64,000 nucleotides of DNA from Dehalococcoidia bacterium. Its GTDB lineage: Bacteria > Chloroflexota > Dehalococcoidia > Lucifugimonadales > VXLM01. This document shows, piece by piece, positions 1-8,084 of the stretch. A program made the position numbers and the translations under genes. The notes below the pieces were generated by a model. It saw nothing but the letters and a program-made list of their open reading frames with translations. It searched no databases and was not told the DNA's origin. The DNA lies in assembly GCA_963665745.1 (NCBI GenBank), contig OY762443.1, positions 611,616-675,615 of the forward strand, written 5' to 3'. Each line of letters starts with the position of its first letter. The stretch's first letter is position 1.

Positions 1-192
1 CAGCCGGTGCGAATACTCCAACATCGTGTGATAATCAAGCGGGGGAATGAGCTGCCCGTGACACAGCGGCCAGTCGGGACAGGCGTCGCCGGAGCCCGTC
101 ACCCGGACAATGCCCCCGAGCGTCACCTGCGCAATGGCTGCGATCAGGCCCAGCAAAGCCACCGCACGAAACCTTGTCTGCGCGGTTGTCAT
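1..192 (-). CDS. ctaA: heme A synthase (COX15/CtaA family), N-terminal fragment; the rest of the gene lies left of the window
   Basis: My own reverse-strand translation from ATG (complement of 190-192) gives [64 protein letters not shown]. The GG-x-VR-x-TGSG..CPDWPLC-x-G block and the trailing E-x-x-HR are typical COX15/CtaA N-terminal motifs. It is absent from the ORF track because it is truncated. Confidence 0.6.
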   Translation of the reverse strand, partial: MTTAQTRFRAVALLGLIAAIAQVTLGGIVRVTGSGDACPDWPLCHGQLIPPLDYHTMLEYSHRL

Positions 193-322
193 GCTGCTGT
201 GCTCTTCGGCAATATCGGCCGCTCCGGGGTCAATTCAGCGTCTCTTCAGACACCTTAAATCTAGCACAGCCCCTACCCCCGGTCAACGAAACCCCACCCC
301 GCTTCTGCTACAATGCCTCGCC

Positions 323-1204
323 ATGAATCGGACGAACATGACCGGCAAGGTGTGCCTCGTCACCGGCGCGAACGCTGGCATCGGCAAGGCTACCGCGTTA
401 GGACTCGCCCGCATGGGCGCCACCGTCGTCATGGTCTGCCGCAGCCGCGAACGAGGCGAGTCGGCAAAGGCCGAAATCGCCGCCAAATCCGGCAGCCGGA
501 ACGTTGACCTCCTCATCGCCGACCTCTCGTCACAGGGATCAATCCGAAAGCTGGCGCGAGCGTTCACATCCCAGTACCCCCAACTCCACGTCCTCGTCAA
601 CAACGCGGGTACCATCACCCCCCGCAGGCGCATCACCGTCGATGGACTCGAGACCCAGTTCGCCGTCAACCACCTCGCCCCCTTCCTCCTGACGAACCTG
701 CTCCTCGACACTCTGCAAGAGTCCGCGCCCGCCCGCGTCGTTACCGTCTCGTCCCAGGTACACAGCAAAAGCCCGCTCGATTTCGACGACCTCCGGTCCG
801 ACCGTGAATACACCGCCAGCCAGGTCTACCGAAAGACCAAGCTCGCCAACATCCTCTTCACCTACGAGCTCGCCCGCCGTTTGGAGGGAACCGGTGTCGT
901 AGCCAACTGCCTCCACCCCGGCGTCATTGCAACAAAGCTCCTCGACGACTACATGGGCGGCTCCCGAGACGCCGGTTTCGGCTCCGGCGAGAGCTTCGGC
1001 GACAACCCCGAACAAGGGGCCGCCGTCGTTCTCCACGTCGCCACGTCACCGGAAATCAACGGCGTTTCAGGCAAATACTTCTACGACAACGCCGTGCGCG
1101 AGACCGCCCCCGTCACCTACGACGAAGAGCACGCCTGCCGGCTGTGGGATGTCAGCGCGGAGTTGACGGGCATCACGTCTTGGCCTGCTCCCCGGTTCCG
1201 CTAA
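323..1204 (+). CDS. short-chain dehydrogenase/reductase (retinol-dehydrogenase-like SDR)
   Basis: ORF 110..1204 trimmed to ATG 323 (MNRTNMTGKV). Rossmann motif VTGANAGIGKAT, NNAG, and catalytic YRKTK (YxxxK) are present. Confidence 0.85.
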   Translation: MNRTNMTGKVCLVTGANAGIGKATALGLARMGATVVMVCRSRERGESAKAEIAAKSGSRNVDLLIADLSSQGSIRKLARAFTSQYPQLHVLVNNAGTITPRRRITVDGLETQFAVNHLAPFLLTNLLLDTLQESAPARVVTVSSQVHSKSPLDFDDLRSDREYTASQVYRKTKLANILFTYELARRLEGTGVVANCLHPGVIATKLLDDYMGGSRDAGFGSGESFGDNPEQGAAVVLHVATSPEINGVSGKYFYDNAVRETAPVTYDEEHACRLWDVSAELTGITSWPAPRFR

Positions 1205-2079
1205 CTACTCTCCAACCGACGCGACAGCCGGTACCCCAGGAACTTGTACTCCCCCCACCGCCCCAGGAAAGGCTCGACCTCCTTCGGGCCTATGCCATGC
1301 CGCTCCCGGAAGAACGCCGTCACCTCGGAGTCGACCGGCACCCGGCTGAAGTCGTGAAGCAGCACTCGCAGGTGGCTCGCCGCGTACGGCCCGATGCCGT
1401 GCAGTCCGATCAGCGCGTCGTAAGTCAGCAGACCTTCCGCCCCCACGCCGCTCTCGTCCACCAGTCCATCACGGAGAAGCCTCTCAGTCGAGACCATGAT
1501 CCCCTTGGCGCGAAATCCCATTGACGCCCGTTCCCTCAAGGCCACTTCCCCCGCATCTAGGACCTGCACCGGAGTCGGAACGAACCCCTCACCGATCTCA
1601 TGCACGAGTCGCGAGGCCATCCGCATCGTCCCCGCCCAGTTGATCTGTACCGTGCATACCGTCTTCAGGTAGTCCTCGTAGAAGGTCGAGCCGCGCAGGA
1701 ACCTTCCGCCTCCCCGCCGGATCACGTCGGCAACCTCGCTATCCATGCCATCCGCAACCGTGATAGCCTCCGTCGGGTCCCAGTCCAGCGACAGCCACCG
1801 CCGCACCGTAGCCTCCACGGCGGACACGTCGGCGCTGCCGTCACCTTCCGCGCGAACTTCTATCATCCTCGGCCCGCCCTGCGTCACCGTGATCGTCGTA
1901 GGCCCTCCGAGTAGATCGGTGCGGGAGAGTTCCTCCGCCGCATCGTTCCACTTCCACGGTTCCAGCGCGACCCATCCATGACTCCGGACGGTCATGCGGA
2001 GTGAGATGTCGTGCGCGCTGGTAATGGTCAGGCGATGGTCGTTCACGAAGGCCCGATCGTAGGGGGATTTGCAAGGCAT
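1201..2079 (-). CDS. HhH-GPD superfamily DNA glycosylase (AlkA / 3-methyladenine glycosylase II-like)
   Basis: ORF 1201..2211 trimmed to ATG at 2079 (MPCKSPYD). Helix-hairpin-helix LIGLHGIGPYAASHL is followed by a conserved Asp region (VPVDSEV). It converges on the SDR gene with a 4-nt overlap. Confidence 0.65.
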   Translation of the reverse strand: MPCKSPYDRAFVNDHRLTITSAHDISLRMTVRSHGWVALEPWKWNDAAEELSRTDLLGGPTTITVTQGGPRMIEVRAEGDGSADVSAVEATVRRWLSLDWDPTEAITVADGMDSEVADVIRRGGGRFLRGSTFYEDYLKTVCTVQINWAGTMRMASRLVHEIGEGFVPTPVQVLDAGEVALRERASMGFRAKGIMVSTERLLRDGLVDESGVGAEGLLTYDALIGLHGIGPYAASHLRVLLHDFSRVPVDSEVTAFFRERHGIGPKEVEPFLGRWGEYKFLGYRLSRRLESS

Positions 2080-2107
2080 GGTATCATCGTAGGCAACAGG
2101 GCCTGAA

Positions 2108-3688
2108 GTGGGACGACGCGGCGGGGCGAGAACGGACGCCCCTAGGAGAGTGATCTTGCCAAAGCAGCCGAACGTCCTGTTCCTATTCACCGACCAGCAG
2201 CGGGCCGACACGATGGCGTGTTACGGCAATGACGACATCCAAACGCCCAACCTCAACGCGCTCGCCAACCGGAGCTTCGTATTCGACAACGCCTACGTCA
2301 GCCAGCCCGTATGCACTCCGTCCCGCGCTACGATCCTGACGGGACTCTACCCCCACACGAGCGGTTGCACCGTGAACAACGTCCCGCTTCCGCCGTCAAC
2401 GAGAACCATTGCCGAGTTGGTCCCCGACGAGTACCGAACGGGCTACTTCGGCAAGTGGCATCTCGGGGACGAGCTCCGCCCGCAGCACGGCTTCAACGAG
2501 TGGGTGAGCATCGAGGACCTCTACCGTCCCTACTACTCCGACACCGTAGCCCTGGGAACCTTCTCCGACTATCACTACTATCTCATCTCACAGGGCTACG
2601 AGCCCGACGTGAAGGGCCGGGAAACGCTCGCGAAGGAGTACGGCGAACACGACGCGCGCACGCGCTTCGCGGACGAGCAGCCGGTGTTCAGCCGCCCTTA
2701 CGCGGCGCAGATGCCCGAGCGCAACACCAAGGCCTCCTACCTTGGGCGGGCCGTCGAGCGCTTCATTCGCGAGTCCGCGGATGAAGACCGGCCCTTCATG
2801 CTCTACGTCAACTTCTTCGAACCTCACAATCCGTTCACCGGGCCGCTGGACGACCTCCACCCCCGCGACAAGCTCAACACGGGGTCGGCGTTCCTGCGAC
2901 CTCCCGGTGAAGACGCCTCCGTACTGCACCGGATGATGGCCGATTTCTACAGGAACTCCACGGAGGAAGATGTCGATCTCTCGTCCGAGGACGGATGGCG
3001 AGAGATTCGCGCCCGCTACTTCGGGTTGGTGTCCCTGGTCGACAGGGCCGTCGGCGGTATCATGCAGGCCCTGGAGGCGAGCGGCCAGGCGGAAGACACG
3101 ATCATCGTCTACACCAGCGAGCATGGAGAGATGTTGGGCGACCACGCCATCCTCCACAAGACGATGATGTACGAAGAGGCCATGCGCGTTCCCTTCCTGA
3201 TGCGCGTCCCCTGGCTGTCCGATGAGCAGCGGCGCGTCGAGGGACGGGTCGGCCTCGTCGACGCCGTGCCCACCCTGCTCGATCTTCTCGGTCAGGAAAT
3301 CCCACGCGAGATTCAAGGCGAGAGCCGGGTGCCCGTCCTCGAAGGCAAGTCCGACCTCGGCGACAACGACGTTATCGTCCAGTGGAACGGCGCGGATGGT
3401 CGTCCAACCACCTCTTTCAACGCGACAATCCCCGAAAGCGTTATCAGCCGGGTCTCATCCATGCCGCGCCGCGTCATCATCTCCCGCGAAGGCATGAAGC
3501 TCCACCTCAGCCCCGGCGATCAGTGCGAACTCTACGACCTCAACAACGATCCTCACGAGCTTCGCAATCTCTACAACGACGAGGCGTACCGTCACACGAT
3601 CCGCGATCTGGCCTCCCGCATCCGCCTCTGGCAGGAAAAATACAAGGACTACACCCCCGTCCTCCCCGACGAATGGGACTCAATGTAA
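2108..3688 (+). CDS. Cys-type sulfatase (arylsulfatase family), no signal peptide seen
   Basis: LFLFTDQQRAD, and the formylglycine motif CTPSRATILTG (C-x-P-x-R). The start is uncertain: GTG 2108, GTG 2150 or TTG 2156, the last being 7 nt after AGGAG at 2144-2148. Confidence 0.9.
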   Translation: MGRRGGARTDAPRRVILPKQPNVLFLFTDQQRADTMACYGNDDIQTPNLNALANRSFVFDNAYVSQPVCTPSRATILTGLYPHTSGCTVNNVPLPPSTRTIAELVPDEYRTGYFGKWHLGDELRPQHGFNEWVSIEDLYRPYYSDTVALGTFSDYHYYLISQGYEPDVKGRETLAKEYGEHDARTRFADEQPVFSRPYAAQMPERNTKASYLGRAVERFIRESADEDRPFMLYVNFFEPHNPFTGPLDDLHPRDKLNTGSAFLRPPGEDASVLHRMMADFYRNSTEEDVDLSSEDGWREIRARYFGLVSLVDRAVGGIMQALEASGQAEDTIIVYTSEHGEMLGDHAILHKTMMYEEAMRVPFLMRVPWLSDEQRRVEGRVGLVDAVPTLLDLLGQEIPREIQGESRVPVLEGKSDLGDNDVIVQWNGADGRPTTSFNATIPESVISRVSSMPRRVIISREGMKLHLSPGDQCELYDLNNDPHELRNLYNDEAYRHTIRDLASRIRLWQEKYKDYTPVLPDEWDSM

Positions 3689-3725
3689 GTGAGGCCCGTG
3701 TGAATCCGTTCCACAGCGCCCCAAC

Positions 3726-3750
3726 GTCTCTCCCGCGCCGTGGGAGAGAC
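3726..3750. repeat. REP-like hairpin, degenerate family 1 (GTCTCTCCC-7nt-GGGAGAGAC)
   Basis: A 9-bp perfect stem at 3726-3734 and 3742-3750, between the sulfatase stop and the aminotransferase start. Confidence 0.6.
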
Positions 3751-3767
3751 ACAGAGAGGGGGCACAC

Positions 3768-5090
3768 ATGACCGATGAGCTAGCCGCCCTCGGCGGCGCC
3801 CCCACCATAACGATCGACCAGGCCCACTACACCCAGTGGCCGATCTACACTGAGGAAGAGGCACAGGTCGCGGCGGACCTCATCCGCAACCACGCCCTGT
3901 CCAGCGCAATCGATGGCCCCGGCCCGATAACCGAACTGGAAAAGCTCGTTGCCGACACGTGGGGCGTCCGACACGCCATCGCCCACTCCAGCGGGACCAC
4001 TGCCCTGCGTACCGCGCTGTTCGGCGTCGGAGTCGTCCGAGGCGACGAGGTTATCACCCAGTCCGCCGTCCACCCGTTCAGCTGCCTGCCCATCATCGGC
4101 TGTGGCGCCGTGCCGGTCTTCGCCGACATCGACCCGCTCACCACGACCCTCGACCCTGCCGACGTGGAACGCAAGATAACCCCGCGCACAAAAGCCATCA
4201 TGGTCGTCCACTGGAAAGGCATTCCCGCGGACATGGACGCGCTCATGGACATCGCCTGCCGACACGGACTGAAAGTCGTCGAGGACAACGCCGTCTCCCA
4301 GAGCACGACGCATCGCGGGCGCATGTTGGGCAGCATCGGCGACGCCTCCGCCATCAGCTTCCAGGACGGCAAGCTGACCTCCGCCGGCGAGGGGGGAGTA
4401 TTCATGACCGACTCCGACGAGGTCTTCCAGCGAGCCGCTACGCTCGGCCACTACGAGCGCCTCAAGAACCTCCCCGACCCGAAGTGGCGGGCCGTCAGCG
4501 GATTCAGCTTCGGCGAGAAATACCGCATGGCGACCATCACCGCGGCAATCGGCGTCGTACAGATGAAGCACTGGCGCAAGCGTCTCGACGTCCGCCACGA
4601 CAACGCCGCCAAGCTGGGCCGCGCCATCGCCGAGATCGACGGCTTCTCCGTCCCCGAATACCCCGACTACTTCCCCTCGCCCTACCAGTCCGGGCGCATC
4701 CTCTTCCACCCCGGCAGGCTCGGCGGCATCACACGCGAGAGGCTGATCGAGGTACTCAACGCCGAAGGGGCCCGGGTCACGTCCCCTGCCCGCAAGGACT
4801 CCAGGATCCCCCACACGAACGGCCTCTGGCGAATGCTCCACAAGCACCCCGTCTTTGCGGGCAACGAGCACGGCACGGAGGACATCCTCTGGGAGGTCCT
4901 CGGCCCCAACGCCACGAAGATCGACTACAAGAACGTTGTCCTGCCCGTCACGGAAGACCCGGAAGTCCCCTACGACACGATCGAGCTGCCGAGCTTCACC
5001 CGCCCGGCCGACGACCTCATCGACCAGTACGCAAGGGCCTTCGACAAGGTAGCCACACACGCCCACAGGCTTGCGGAAGCCGGCGCATGA
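3768..5090 (+). CDS. DegT/DnrJ/EryC1/StrS-family PLP-dependent aminotransferase
   Basis: 440 aa. HSSGTTALRTAL, VVEDNAVS, and the PLP-lysine context SFQDGKLTSAGEGGVF are typical of the family. Confidence 0.85.
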   Translation: MTDELAALGGAPTITIDQAHYTQWPIYTEEEAQVAADLIRNHALSSAIDGPGPITELEKLVADTWGVRHAIAHSSGTTALRTALFGVGVVRGDEVITQSAVHPFSCLPIIGCGAVPVFADIDPLTTTLDPADVERKITPRTKAIMVVHWKGIPADMDALMDIACRHGLKVVEDNAVSQSTTHRGRMLGSIGDASAISFQDGKLTSAGEGGVFMTDSDEVFQRAATLGHYERLKNLPDPKWRAVSGFSFGEKYRMATITAAIGVVQMKHWRKRLDVRHDNAAKLGRAIAEIDGFSVPEYPDYFPSPYQSGRILFHPGRLGGITRERLIEVLNAEGARVTSPARKDSRIPHTNGLWRMLHKHPVFAGNEHGTEDILWEVLGPNATKIDYKNVVLPVTEDPEVPYDTIELPSFTRPADDLIDQYARAFDKVATHAHRLAEAGA

Positions 5091-5953
5091 TCGACTTCCA
5101 CACCCACGTCGGCAGAGACCGCTCGATCGACGTAGTCCGCCGGCACGTCGACGCGCACGGCGGGGGCATCTCGGTCCTCCTGCCTCTCGAACCGGGACCG
5201 ACCTCTGCCGCCGGGGAGAGTGACTCGATGTCCACACAGGTCGCTATAGAAGCGCACGAGTCCTGCCCGGATGAGACCATCGCCTTCTGCCACGTCGATC
5301 CCATGAGTCCCGATGGGACCAAGCGCCTCCACGCCTTGCGAGACACCGGCGTCGTCAAAGGCTTCGGCGAGCACAAGGTCCGCCTGCCCCTCGACCATCC
5401 CCGCAACATGGACATCTACCGGCTGTGCGGCGAGTTCGGCTGGCCCGTCCTCATCCACATGGACTACACCGGCACCTTTGGGACCAACTTCCCTGCTCTG
5501 GAAACCGTGGTACGCACCCTCCCCGATACCACGTTCATCGGACATGCGATGGCGTGGTGGACGAACATCACCGCAGACGCCGTCCCCGACACATCCTCGC
5601 CCGACTTCTCCGACTACCCCATGGGACCCGTCCGGCCCGTCGGCATCTCCGACCGCCTCCTGTCCGAATATCCCAACCTCTACGGCGACCTCTCCGCCCG
5701 GTCCGGCTACCTCGCTCTCCTCAGGGACGCCGACTTCACCCGTGACTTCCTCAAGCGCCACCGGACAAAACTTCTCTGGGGGACAGACTGCCCGTGCCAC
5801 GACGGGCGAGGCAGCTACCCGAACGGTACGTTCCGCGTGTGCCTCGGCGAGGTCATGCTGTCACTGCTCCGCGACTCATGCGAGTCCGAGGCGCACTTCA
5901 ACGACATCACCCACAACAACGGGGCGAGACTGCTCGGCCTCGAAAACATCTAA
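5087..5953 (+). CDS. amidohydrolase-2 (PF04909-like) metal-dependent hydrolase
   Basis: The C-terminal part of ORF 3959..5953 starting at ATG 5087 (MIDFHTHVG, an HxH metal motif), and LLWGTDCP near the C-terminus. The ATGA overlap with the upstream stop suggests translational coupling. Confidence 0.75.
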   Translation: MIDFHTHVGRDRSIDVVRRHVDAHGGGISVLLPLEPGPTSAAGESDSMSTQVAIEAHESCPDETIAFCHVDPMSPDGTKRLHALRDTGVVKGFGEHKVRLPLDHPRNMDIYRLCGEFGWPVLIHMDYTGTFGTNFPALETVVRTLPDTTFIGHAMAWWTNITADAVPDTSSPDFSDYPMGPVRPVGISDRLLSEYPNLYGDLSARSGYLALLRDADFTRDFLKRHRTKLLWGTDCPCHDGRGSYPNGTFRVCLGEVMLSLLRDSCESEAHFNDITHNNGARLLGLENI

Positions 5954-5964
5954 GGAGAACCGCA

Positions 5965-6369
5965 ATGCCACGACTCAGAATCGACAGTCCGAAAGGCGTC
6001 CACCAACCGCCCGGCAAGTACTCCCACGCCGCAAGGGCCGAAGGCCCCCTGATCGTCATCGCGGGGCAGGTCGCCCTCGACATCGACGGCGGGCTTGTCG
6101 GCGAGAACGACGTCGCCGCGCAGACTCGACAGGTATTCCGAAACATGGAAGCCGTCCTTGCGGGCTCGGGCAGCTCGTTCGCCAACGTCGTCGAGTTCAC
6201 GTATTACGTCGTTGGACGCGAGAACCTCCAGGGCTTCATGGACGCGCGGACGGCCATCTTCGATGAGGCGTACCCCAAAGGCGACTACCCGCCCGCGACG
6301 CTCCTCGTAGTTGGCGGCCTCGCGAACGAGAGCTTCCTCGTCGAAGTCTCCGCGCTCGCGACTATGTAA
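5965..6369 (+). CDS. RidA/YjgF/TdcF-family reactive-intermediate deaminase
   Basis: ORF 5794..6369 trimmed to ATG 5965, preceded by AAGGAG at 5952-5957. GKYSHA..IAGQVA..DVAAQTRQVFRNMEAVL..FTYYV..P..ATLLVVGGL is the RidA fold signature. Confidence 0.85.
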   Translation: MPRLRIDSPKGVHQPPGKYSHAARAEGPLIVIAGQVALDIDGGLVGENDVAAQTRQVFRNMEAVLAGSGSSFANVVEFTYYVVGRENLQGFMDARTAIFDEAYPKGDYPPATLLVVGGLANESFLVEVSALATM

Positions 6370-6385
6370 GCTGGAGGGTGATTCC

Positions 6386-7513
6386 ATGATCTACGACGGA
6401 CACGCTTACTGCGCTCAGGATCCCAGTCTCGGCGGCGGGTTTGAAGACCGTGCCGAGTTCGACCGCTTCCTCCAGCTGTTCATGGCGACGTCGCGCCAGC
6501 AGCCCGTCTGGCGAAAGCGAGACCGGATGCCCGGCGACGCGAGCGGACTCGTCGATCCGGCCCGGCCGTGGGACTTCGACGCGCTGAGGGAAGCTGCATT
6601 CCGCACCGCAGAGAACGGCAGGGTCGAGTGGGACGTGGACGGCGAGACATTCGTCAAACAGGCCCTCCCTCCGTGGGTCGATCACCTCACCTTCACCGTC
6701 GATAACCTCGTCGCCGAGATGGACTATGTCGGCGTGGACATGGCTCTCCTCCACCGCACGCCCTACATGAGCAAGTCCAACGAGTTCATCGCCGAGTGCG
6801 TTCGCGCGTATCCCGACCGCATCCAGGGTCTCGCCTACGTTGAGGAGTGGCTGCTGGCCTCCGACACCGACGCCTGCATCGGGAAGCTGGAACACGCCGT
6901 CAACGACCTCGGCCTGCACGGCTACCAGTTCATGCCCCACCACATGGAACTCTACGGCGTGGACCGGAAGTGGGCCGGGCCTGTCTTTACGCCGTTCTGG
7001 GATGCCCTGAGCGAACTCGGCGTGCCGGTCTTCTTCACGCTCTATGCGAACGACTACGACGAATACCTGGAGGAGCTTCGTACCCTGCGCCGCTGGATGG
7101 AGCGGTACCCCGACGTGACGGTCGTCCAGACGCATGGGTTCAACTGGCGCATGTTCGCCGACGATGAGAAGCTCGTCGTCCCCGACGAGGTCTACGATGC
7201 CGCGCCCATCGATCACCCGAACTACCACATCCAACTGCTCTTCGCCGTCTTCCTCCAGCGCCGTTGGGACTACCCCATGCCCCAAATCCTCCCGACTATG
7301 GAGAAGATGTACCGCCGCATAGGCCCGGAGAAGCTGATCTGGGGGACAGACATACCCGTCTCCCTCCTCTGGTGGACGTATCGCCAGAACCTCGACTTTC
7401 TGCGCAGCTACTGCGACTTCATCCCGCAGTCGGACATGGACATGATCCTTGGTGGGAATATGGCGCGGATCATGGGGGTAACGGAAGTGTTACCATGGCG
7501 ACAGGAGACATAA
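6386..7513 (+). CDS. amidohydrolase-2-like TIM-barrel hydrolase
   Basis: ORF 6311..7513 trimmed to ATG 6386, after GGAGGG. The C-terminal LIWGTDIP..ILGGNMARIMG resembles PF04909 members. The N-terminal metal motif is atypical (DGHAY). Confidence 0.55.
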   Translation: MIYDGHAYCAQDPSLGGGFEDRAEFDRFLQLFMATSRQQPVWRKRDRMPGDASGLVDPARPWDFDALREAAFRTAENGRVEWDVDGETFVKQALPPWVDHLTFTVDNLVAEMDYVGVDMALLHRTPYMSKSNEFIAECVRAYPDRIQGLAYVEEWLLASDTDACIGKLEHAVNDLGLHGYQFMPHHMELYGVDRKWAGPVFTPFWDALSELGVPVFFTLYANDYDEYLEELRTLRRWMERYPDVTVVQTHGFNWRMFADDEKLVVPDEVYDAAPIDHPNYHIQLLFAVFLQRRWDYPMPQILPTMEKMYRRIGPEKLIWGTDIPVSLLWWTYRQNLDFLRSYCDFIPQSDMDMILGGNMARIMGVTEVLPWRQET

Positions 7514-7515
7514 AC

Positions 7516-7833
7516 ATGGCGCTCACCCGTGACTTCAAGGAGACCGTTCAGGCCCGCGCCCAGCGCGACGCAGCGTTTCGAGAAGAACTGCTGAAGGAAG
7601 GCGTCGAATGCCTGCTTGCCGGAGATGTTGATGCGGGCAAGATCGTACTGCGTGACTACATAAACGCCACCATCGGTTTCGAGGAGCTTGGCTCCCTCAC
7701 GAACAAGCCGCCCAAGAGTCTGATGCGCATGTTCGGGCCGTCGGGCAACCCCCACGCCCGCAACCTTTTCGAGGTTATCAGCCGCATTCAGCAGCACGAA
7801 GGCATCCAACTCGAAGTTAAAGCCGTTCGATAA
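7516..7833 (+). CDS. antitoxin-type HTH DNA-binding protein (addiction-module antidote-like), with no cognate toxin adjacent
   Basis: MALTRDFKETVQARAQRDAAFREELL..LRDYINATIGFEELGSLTNKPPKSLMRMFGPSGNPHARNLFEVISRI. The GNP-x-x-x-x-L-x-x-V tail is typical of HigA/antidote-like proteins. An alternative start is ATG 7495. Confidence 0.6.
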   Translation: MALTRDFKETVQARAQRDAAFREELLKEGVECLLAGDVDAGKIVLRDYINATIGFEELGSLTNKPPKSLMRMFGPSGNPHARNLFEVISRIQQHEGIQLEVKAVR

Positions 7834-7928
7834 CCGCGCGATCGTCAACTGCATGACCGACGAGGAGACGGCATTCGTGTCGGAGCGGCTGCGGGAGGCG
7901 CTGGGGGTGGGCTCGTAATCTCTAACCC

Positions 7929-8084
7929 TTATTCGTCATAGGCTCGACAAACGCCATCGGCGTCGATTCTGCATATGTATCGATGGTCGAAATAATTGAA
8001 CAGGAAAAGGTTTATAGCCAGCAGAATAAGAAACACGACAAGAGAGATTATCCTGATTCTACGCTTTGAATCGCCCTGACTCAT
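7929..8084 (-). CDS. 51-aa single-pass membrane peptide, ATGA-coupled to the upstream MTase-HNH gene
   Basis: MSQGDSKRRIRIISLVVFLILLAINLFLFNYFDHRYICRIDADGVCRAYDE. Its ATG (8084-8082) overlaps the MTase-HNH TGA (8083-8081). The stretch is AT-rich. No homology was recognised. Confidence 0.4.
   Translation of the reverse strand: MSQGDSKRRIRIISLVVFLILLAINLFLFNYFDHRYICRIDADGVCRAYDE

Noticed and set aside
3780-5237. A long antisense ORF (485 aa) opposite the DegT aminotransferase. Similar ORFs: 15866-17347(-), 17071-18480(+), 20562-21644(-), 30269-32119(+), 34355-36022(-), 42887-43873(-), 44799-45842(-), 46817-47890(-), 59265-60422(-)
   Set aside because: All are Arg/Gly/Pro/Ala-rich with no motifs. 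Each lies opposite an ORF with clear family signatures. Stop-free antisense frames are expected in high-GC DNA.
3959-5953. A 664-aa ORF spanning the aminotransferase and amidohydrolase genes
   Set aside because: Its first ~375 codons are an out-of-frame Arg/Pro-rich read through the DegT gene. The real protein starts at ATG 5087 (MIDFHTHVG).
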